Shown here piece by piece: positions 7,301 to 9,265 of a stretch of DNA of 9,265 nucleotides (positions are counted from its first letter, which is position 1; every line of letters begins with the position of its first letter). This DNA is from Halalkalibacterium halodurans (GTDB taxonomy: Bacteria > Bacillota > Bacilli > Bacillales > Bacillaceae_D). The stretch is from NCBI RefSeq assembly GCF_004376175.1, contig NZ_SNUY01000098.1:1-9265 (forward strand), given 5' to 3'. The translations under genes were made by a program, and so were the position numbers. The notes beneath the pieces were generated by a model, which was not told where the DNA came from, made no database searches, and was given only the letters and a program-made list of their open reading frames with translations.

Positions 7301-8777
7301 CGGGATGCAATTGTTGAAGGATCTTTGGGAGAAAATAGAAAAGACGGAGAACCAAGTTGACTCTCTCAATCAAGAGGTGAAGCAAAAATCATCTGCAAAG
7401 GAAAAGCAAGAAGGAAAGTGGGAAGCTAAGGTCGAGCAATTTAGAGAAAAGTATCCTGACGACTCAATCTTTGAATTTACCACGGCATTAGCGGAAGTAA
7501 AGGAAGAATTAAAGAGTGCAGCATTAACGTTAAAAGAAAGCAAAAGCTACCTTGAACAAGAGAAGAACAGAATGAGACAAGAGCTTGCAAGCATTGAGGG
7601 AGCTGAACGTGGCTTAGAACGTTTTATCGAAAAGCATCACTTTAATGCACCAGATATTGAGGCCATCTCGTTGAATTCAGAAGAAAGCAGAACGTTCACG
7701 TATCAACGTAAACCATTTGTTGACGCGATTATTCGTGAGCTCGAACAAGTGAAGGAAGCATTGCAAGGTGAGAATGAGAAAGTCGAGCGTGAAAAGCAGT
7801 CCTTTAGAGAATTTAGCCAAACGATTAGTGATATAAAGATGCGGCAGATGGCTGAAAATGGTATTGAATATAAACGAACGTACGAAGACTTAATCGATTT
7901 TAAGAAAAACATGCTTATAAGTGTTGAGAGAGCGACCAATTATGCAAATGAATATATTCGTCAAAAAGATACAGAGCTGCAAGCCTTTATTAATCAGATT
8001 CATGCTCACTTAAAAACGCTCGTTGAGGAATTAAAACAAATTCCTAAAAAGACGCGAGTGAAAGTAGAAAATGATTGGAAACAAATTTTTACGTTTGCGA
8101 TTCCAGAATGGGAAGAGGAAGACGGAAAAAATCGGATTCGTGATTATATTGAATGGATTCTAGAGCAGCTAGAATCTGAGCGGTTCCTCAATGATCAAGG
8201 GATGCAAGATGATGGCAAAGTCAGAAAAGAAATTGATATGTGGCTGCAATCCAAGCAGTTACTCAGATGGGTTATGAAAAATGAAGAGATGAAAGTGAAT
8301 TGCCGCAAAGTGACAAATGATAACAAAGTCACGACAAGGTCTTATTCGTGGGAACAAAGTAACGTATGGTCTGGTGGAGAAAAATGGAGTAAGAACATGA
8401 CGCTCTTTTTGGGCATCCAAAATTATATTGCGGAGAAAAAGCAGCACATCCAACCAAACATGAAACGTCACAGAGCGGTAATTTTAGACAATCCGTTTGG
8501 AAAAGCTTCAAGTGATCACGTTTTAAGCCCGGTCTTTTTTGTCGCTGAACAACTAGGATTCCAAATTATTGCCCTAACCGCTCACGCAGAAGGAAAATTC
8601 CTGCAAGACTTTTTCCCAGTCATCTATAGCTGCCGCTTACGTGAATCAGTCGACTCTTCTAAAAAAGTGATGACAAAAGAAAAATGGCTGCACCATGCCT
8701 ACTTCCAGGACCATGAACCTAAATCAATGGACAGACTCGGAGAAAGTGAGCAGATGGTGTTGTTTGAGTTTGAGTAG
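4362..8777 (+). CDS. jetC: MukB/JetC-like SMC-family ATPase with very long coiled-coil arms, 1471 aa
   Basis: The preferred start is ATG 4362, with GGAGG at 4351..4355 (6-nt spacer) and a 14-nt overlap with the upstream stop. The track's TTG at 4326 has no RBS.
- N-terminal head: ISKIRLTNVVY...GAILLENGGGKTVLIQTA, Walker A NGGGKT at 4476..4493 (K43).
- C-terminal head: signature SGGE at 8370..8381 (S1337), Walker B VILDN at 8478..8492 (D1376-N1377), D-loop-like ASSD, and H-loop ALTAH (H1408, 8583..8585).
- Between the heads: about 1000 aa of E/K/Q/L-rich heptad-like sequence, interrupted by a globular Cys-free segment at about 6040..6560 (putative hinge). Confidence 0.85.
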   Translation: MPAISKIRLTNVVYEEGNKRYNDELFLFDGHNGAILLENGGGKTVLIQTALQAIIPHTNLAERQLRNTLLLENAPAHIAIEWIINEKPRRYVVTAVTLFMTKHGLDSLRYVYEYEANDPNGIDEIPFVRGTETKRTAERGEMQDYYSQMRERSFLARTFQTIKEYRSFLEEQYHIIANEWESVVKINSSEGGVEAFFDDCKNTNQLFDRLLIPTVEQSIAGHDEKMFADMFEKQHTSFKQYKKLKETIEENKRIQEELETFVQAFEQLHQKKLEYKKTKQKAKGTWEEIQLQKEKIKGEQTVLFEKLEEWKQKDYKHAIKSASYEIAVEKSTLDSLTKEYNQAFAKYAQLEEELKRHHLDYYSLKLAELKAEQKNFKDQLKHFEEEMDKLNQTEELEELEEQLEQAKRSLLGFFIGKIEKIEKEIRGLTFEMNPIKEQLQQSQDTLTSLQEKEAEQEKKLSSIKSLLDTRTKDMNQLEQQLLANPKQQRVQEEIVNWNNRYQFLDDEMIRLQQEEKQIEIEKSEAQKRKDAFQEERVNRERERDSIEYQLDTINKEQKNLIAILSAVRPQWAALENVYENESSIASRLVETIERFEKERSHLLYLERIAHRFVDDYDKQNVFFGDSFVESQLKSWKNQFDLLLTGVEYIQSLDAADYLEKKSYPLWSLTLITTNKSKAMLQEKLNGVADRLQFPIHVMTTEEAAVAHKDESPHTWIAPLHWSKGMEAESFQHWKEDIAKTANETILSREQKEKEMKKWEHAQKAFDDFMAQFSYEKMTKLQEERSTIIRQIERLSLSIVKEDEQMEDLRSKLTLLKDTVKKDQDEMKGLEWKVERGNLYLQYSREVEEAKKKEKQVKEELVELEKEVVNVKLQYDALFEQKAELDKRIGSLNTELSILKRDEQFIAVQPLTPLFSGEGKQMIQEKIRNLEFKIRAIQVSYGEWNAKLENAKAGIERTSKAMDELRTEHGQLDEDVLFPSDGMQLLKDLWEKIEKTENQVDSLNQEVKQKSSAKEKQEGKWEAKVEQFREKYPDDSIFEFTTALAEVKEELKSAALTLKESKSYLEQEKNRMRQELASIEGAERGLERFIEKHHFNAPDIEAISLNSEESRTFTYQRKPFVDAIIRELEQVKEALQGENEKVEREKQSFREFSQTISDIKMRQMAENGIEYKRTYEDLIDFKKNMLISVERATNYANEYIRQKDTELQAFINQIHAHLKTLVEELKQIPKKTRVKVENDWKQIFTFAIPEWEEEDGKNRIRDYIEWILEQLESERFLNDQGMQDDGKVRKEIDMWLQSKQLLRWVMKNEEMKVNCRKVTNDNKVTTRSYSWEQSNVWSGGEKWSKNMTLFLGIQNYIAEKKQHIQPNMKRHRAVILDNPFGKASSDHVLSPVFFVAEQLGFQIIALTAHAEGKFLQDFFPVIYSCRLRESVDSSKKVMTKEKWLHHAYFQDHEPKSMDRLGESEQMVLFEFE

Positions 8778-8810
8778 GGATAACATGGCTGTCCAATTGA
8801 AATATGTTGA

Positions 8811-8850
8811 AAAGAGGATCAATTGTCTTGTAGGCAGTTGATTCTTTTTG
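8811..8850 (+). terminator. Rho-independent terminator of the operon
   Basis: It lies about 40 nt after the TAG stop (8775..8777). GGATCAATTGTC (8816..8827) pairs with GGCAGTTGATTC (8833..8844) as a 12-bp stem with 3 G-U wobbles. The loop is TTGTA (8828..8832). A TTTTT run follows (8845..8849) and an A-rich tract precedes (8810..8815). The stem is AT-rich, so its strength is moderate. Confidence 0.55.
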
Positions 8851-9079
8851 TCATGAGGAATGGAGTTACGATGGTTTTGGAGTAATGTAGTGAAGTAGTG
8901 AATGTTTTCATTTATTAAGAGTAATTATTATACCTTCCATAAAAGCATATGGTTCACTGACAGAAATGTATTAGGAAGGAATGTTTTGTTGCCATTCTTT
9001 TCATTATTGGAAAAATCTAATAAACTAGATAAGAATAATAGAAAACTAGTGTCCTACGATAGAAAGGAGGGAAAATGCA

Positions 9080-9160
9080 ATGAATCAGTTTATAAATAAC
9101 CTATTTATTACGGCACTTGTGACGTTTATTTTATTGTTTGAGATTCATCACCACTTTTAG
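9080..9160 (+). CDS. Candidate 26-aa hydrophobic small protein (MNQFINNLFITALVTFILLFEIHHHF)
   Basis: ATG at 9080 lies 9 nt downstream of a near-perfect SD, AAAGGAGGG (9063..9071). The peptide has one predicted transmembrane-length hydrophobic stretch and ends at TAG 9158..9160. It is below the 60-aa cut-off of the supplied track. No homolog was recognised, so this is only a candidate. Confidence 0.3.
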   Translation: MNQFINNLFITALVTFILLFEIHHHF

Positions 9161-9243
9161 TGATTTAAACAAAAAAGAAGAAAACACTCACAGATTCCTG
9201 GCAATAATGTTAGTGCTAACCAAACAAACCAGGAGGGTCTGAA

Positions 9244-9265
9244 AGTGTTTTCCGTATCACTAGAA
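9244..9265 (+). CDS. Possible 5' end of a downstream gene (MFSVSLE...), truncated by the window edge
   Basis: GTG at 9244 lies 8 nt downstream of GGAGG (9231..9235) and the frame is open to the window end. Only 7 codons are visible, so neither product nor reality can be judged. Confidence 0.2.

Noticed and set aside
1203-8511. The short ORFs in the track that lie inside the four operon genes. On the minus strand: 1203..1406, 1508..1696, 2049..2426, 4259..4501, 4680..4883, 5495..5848, 5871..6071, 6019..6381, 7178..7369, 7200..7385, 7703..7939, 8259..8471 and 8329..8511. On the plus strand, off-frame: 2753..2947, 3804..4001 and 4669..4995.
   Set aside because: These are antisense or off-frame shadows of long, well-supported genes. 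Their translations are low-complexity (Ser/Cys/Phe/Leu-rich mirror images of E/K-rich coiled-coil codons) and they lack RBSs.
4362-8777. Alternative identities for the large ATPase: chromosomal Smc, SbcC/Rad50 or RecN
   Set aside because: - The central globular region has no CxxC zinc hook, which argues against SbcC/Rad50.
- No adjacent SbcD/Mre11 phosphoesterase gene is present.
- The partners are a Toprim protein plus two proteins of kleisin and KITE size, not ScpA/ScpB.
- The signature-to-Walker-B spacing of about 40 residues is MukB/JetC-like rather than canonical Smc-like.
- The protein is far larger than RecN.
8887-8902. Tandem direct repeat GTAGTGAA GTAGTGAA
   Set aside because: There are only two copies of an 8-mer in AT-rich intergenic DNA, with no further copies or spacer periodicity. 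It is too little to call a repeat element, an operator or a CRISPR.
8902-9099. 65-aa plus-strand ORF (MFSFIKSNYYTFHKS...)
   Set aside because: It has no convincing Shine-Dalgarno before ATG 8902 and lies in AT-rich DNA where ORFs of this size arise by chance. It runs through the strong RBS of the better-supported sORF at 9080, and its sequence has no recognisable features.
9080-9160. The His-His-His run (CAT CAC CAC, 9146..9154) as a histidine attenuation leader peptide
   Set aside because: There are only three His codons, placed just before the C-terminal Phe of a transmembrane-like peptide. I could find no alternative terminator/antiterminator hairpins downstream (9161..9243). As far as I know, leader-peptide attenuation of his genes is a proteobacterial mechanism, not one typical of Bacillus-like hosts.
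1-9265. Scan for tRNA/rRNA genes, CRISPR repeats and riboswitch-like leaders
   Set aside because: I found no regularly spaced direct repeats and no cloverleaf-compatible or rRNA-like segments by eye. The roughly 40-nt leader of the operon is too short for a riboswitch.

Overview
The window looks like accessory DNA from a low-GC Gram-positive, Bacillaceae-like host. This is inferred from GGAGG Shine-Dalgarno sites, TTG/GTG starts and a sigma-A type TTGATA-17-TATAAT promoter.

(1) Left edge, minus strand (1..846): the N-terminal 282 codons of an IS256-family (Mutator-type) DDE transposase. It runs off the window, so it is absent from the supplied ORF track. Its 5' UTR is structured, and the IS terminus is tentatively near 921..946.

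(2) Centre, plus strand (1130..8777): one tightly packed, translationally coupled four-gene operon with its own promoter and terminator.
- A 340-aa Toprim protein with JetD/MksG-type motifs.
- A 504-aa protein of kleisin (JetA) size.
- A 246-aa protein of KITE (JetB) size.
- A 1471-aa MukB/JetC-like SMC ATPase with very long coiled coils and a Cys-free hinge.

I read this operon as a divergent Wadjet/MksBEFG-like plasmid-restriction cassette. Three properties look non-canonical: the nuclease gene comes first, the SMC subunit is oversized, and its Walker B reads D-N instead of D-E.

(3) Right edge (8778..9265): AT-rich DNA. It holds a 26-codon hydrophobic sORF with a strong RBS and the probable first 7 codons of another gene.

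I saw no rRNA, tRNA or CRISPR array. All family assignments come from motifs and architecture read by eye and need HMM or structure confirmation.
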